DNA from: Ignavibacteriota bacterium
Lineage (GTDB): Bacteria > Bacteroidota > Ignavibacteria > Palsa-1295
DNA: 64,000 nt
NCBI GenBank assembly: GCA_963787835.1
Contig: CAWBEI010000002.1
Location: 1,184,001-1,248,000, forward strand
Reading direction: 5' to 3'
The notes under the pieces were generated by a model that saw only the letters and a program-made list of their open reading frames with translations, ran no database searches and had not been told where the DNA came from. The position numbers and the translations under genes were made by a program. This document shows, one piece after another, positions 62,370 to 64,000 of this stretch. The number at the start of each line of letters is the position of its first letter. Within the stretch, counting starts at the first letter, position 1.

Positions 62370-62768
62370 CATAACAACGACATCCTTTAACCTTGCAACA
62401 TAGGGCTTGGGACGCGCCCAATCGAGATCGCCTTTGGCCCACACATAGATGTATCCGACAAGTAAAATTCCGAGAAACGTGAACATTTCCGCAATGGCAA
62501 ACCAGCCCATACGTTTGAAGATCAAAGCCCAGGGAAAAAGGAACAAAATCTCGACATCAAACAAAATAAAGATCAGCGCGACCACATAATAGCGAATGTT
62601 GAACTTCACCCACGCGCCGCCGATAGGATCCTCGCCGCATTCATAGGAGGAAAGCTTGAACTGGTTCGGATTTTTCGGACGCAGAATTTTGCTCGTAAGC
62701 AACCCACCTGCGACAAAGATGATCGCGAGTATGATGAACGCAAATACGTGACTGAATTCCCCTAACAC
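62301..62768 (-). CDS. nuoA: NADH-quinone oxidoreductase subunit A
   Basis: YECGEDP, FILFDVE, KGDLDW. Confidence 0.94.
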   Translation of the reverse strand: MLGEFSHVFAFIILAIIFVAGGLLTSKILRPKNPNQFKLSSYECGEDPIGGAWVKFNIRYYVVALIFILFDVEILFLFPWALIFKRMGWFAIAEMFTFLGILLVGYIYVWAKGDLDWARPKPYVARLKDVVVMKNYELRITNFKSPQAQLLPEPH

Positions 62769-62855
62769 GACTGAGATTTATTGGATTTTAGCGTGATGTA
62801 TGAGATTGGAAAACGCATTGACGTTAGAGATAATGCCGAGCGGGTGTTAATACCA

Positions 62856-62958
62856 CGTCATTGCGATGAAGCAATCTCTGGCAGTCGTACTGTAAGCGGA
62901 GGGATTGCTTCGTCGAGCTTGATCGGCTGTCGCCGCTCAAGCCCTCCTCGCAATGACG
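62856..62958. repeat. Family-B palindromic element, empty
   Basis: CGTCATTGCGATGAAGCAATC ... GATTGCTTCG...CCTCGCAATGACG. Confidence 0.82.
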
Positions 62959-62987
62959 GTAAAAACACTTTTATAGATTCAGACAAT

Positions 62988-63015
62988 AAAAAGGCCGCGA
63001 ACACTCGCGGCCTTT
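62988..63015 (-). terminator. Intrinsic terminator after the cyclophilin gene
   Basis: AAAGGCCGCGA/TCGCGGCCTTT stem with T-run on the minus strand. Confidence 0.75.
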
Positions 63016-63036
63016 CTAAAACATCGGAGCGATCTA

Positions 63037-63714
63037 TCACTCGTTCTCGACATACATCTTTATTACACCTGCAGCTTTTCCGGGATTCGTGCCGCCCGGC
63101 TTGCCGACATTGGGAAGATTCACGATCTTGTCCACAACGTCCATTCCCTCAATAACCTGACCAAACGCAGTATAGCCACCATAGGGGCCTCCCTTATCGA
63201 GATTTCCCACCGAAGCATTATCAGCCACGCAGATGAAGAACTGGCAGGAAGCGGAATTTAGATCTTGGGTTCGCGCCATCGAAAGGATGCCGCGCGTGTG
63301 ATGGATGTCATTTAATTCCGCCATGAGTCTGTTTGACCCGTTATTCCCAATTCCATCGTTCGACAAATCATCGTCTTTCGTATTCGGATCTCCGCCCTGG
63401 ATCATAAATCCGGGAATGACACGATGAAAATAGGTACCATCGTAAAAATGGGTGTCAGCCAATTTTATGATATTTGCAACATGGTTCGGCGCGACTTTTT
63501 CGAAAAGCTGAAGCTTGATCGTGCCCAGCTTTGTAACAATGACAAGATGTCGCTTAGGATGTGCAGTGTATTTATCCAATTTGGTACCGGTATATGGTGG
63601 TTTGTAATCTGAGCCGTTGCCCATAATGGTTGTGGCGTTAGTAATGGTTAGTGTTGCGGCACAGAGTGCAAGTGCTGCCGCGAACATGAAGGAGTGTTTG
63701 ATCTTTTTATTCAT
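63037..63714 (-). CDS. Exported cyclophilin-type peptidyl-prolyl isomerase
   Basis: Signal peptide; FHRVIPGFMIQGGDP, GILSMAR, QFFI, YTAFGQV. Confidence 0.93.
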   Translation of the reverse strand: MNKKIKHSFMFAAALALCAATLTITNATTIMGNGSDYKPPYTGTKLDKYTAHPKRHLVIVTKLGTIKLQLFEKVAPNHVANIIKLADTHFYDGTYFHRVIPGFMIQGGDPNTKDDDLSNDGIGNNGSNRLMAELNDIHHTRGILSMARTQDLNSASCQFFICVADNASVGNLDKGGPYGGYTAFGQVIEGMDVVDKIVNLPNVGKPGGTNPGKAAGVIKMYVENE

Positions 63715-63799
63715 GCAAGTGGATTAAAACGAGAAAACCAAAATATTAGAAAATATAATAAGCCAAAAAACAGCGAACCGTTCCCCCATTATTTTGTCA

Positions 63800-63954
63800 T
63801 GTCATTCTGAGCGGAGCAAACGGGAGTCCGGTCTCAACGGACTCCCGTTTGCGGAGTCGAAGAATCATTTTTCTTTGAGTAGATCCTTCGACTCCGTTTG
63901 TCCCTGCAAGCATCGTGGGCGATCCGCGTCGGGACACACTCGTTCATGATGACA
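63800..63954. repeat. Family-A palindromic element, empty
   Basis: TGTCATTCTGAGCG...GTCGAAGAATC, 15-nt spacer, GATCCTTCGAC...CATGATGACA. Confidence 0.85.
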
Positions 63955-64000
63955 TTGATCATTTACATCACTCGATGGTAATTTTTCCCGTGGGACTGTT

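Overview
Chromosomal window of an FCB-group bacterium (Bacteroidota sensu lato; inferred from T9SS-type C-terminal domains, TAnnTTTG promoter boxes and a Bacteroidota-type Cas9/repeat). The backbone is housekeeping: clpC (partial), carB, pgk, pyrG, gyrB, bshC, a SAM-I riboswitch-controlled metB-metX-hom operon, ftsB, pyrF, gltX, tkt, ppk2, queG, nuoABCD and five tRNAs. Notable non-core content: (1) two families of GTC-tagged palindromic elements, three copies each, where one copy per family encloses a small GIY-YIG nuclease gene and the others are empty, a candidate nuclease/REP-like mobile system; (2) a compact 1125-aa type II-C Cas9 with a ~77-nt tracrRNA and a 10-repeat array, whose cas1 is truncated by a deletion that appears to join it to a repeat end; (3) carB split in two by a HAD gene with 4-nt overlaps on both sides; (4) an insertion marked by a recoded duplicate of a Rieske gene 3' end, carrying a YodC-like protein with an RG/FG-rich tail; (5) a Fic gene with a convergent, antisense-overlapping candidate antitoxin; (6) 7-mer and ~9-mer tandem-repeat elements at many gene junctions, next to every tRNA. 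All calls come from reading the sequence and recalled family motifs; no searches were run.
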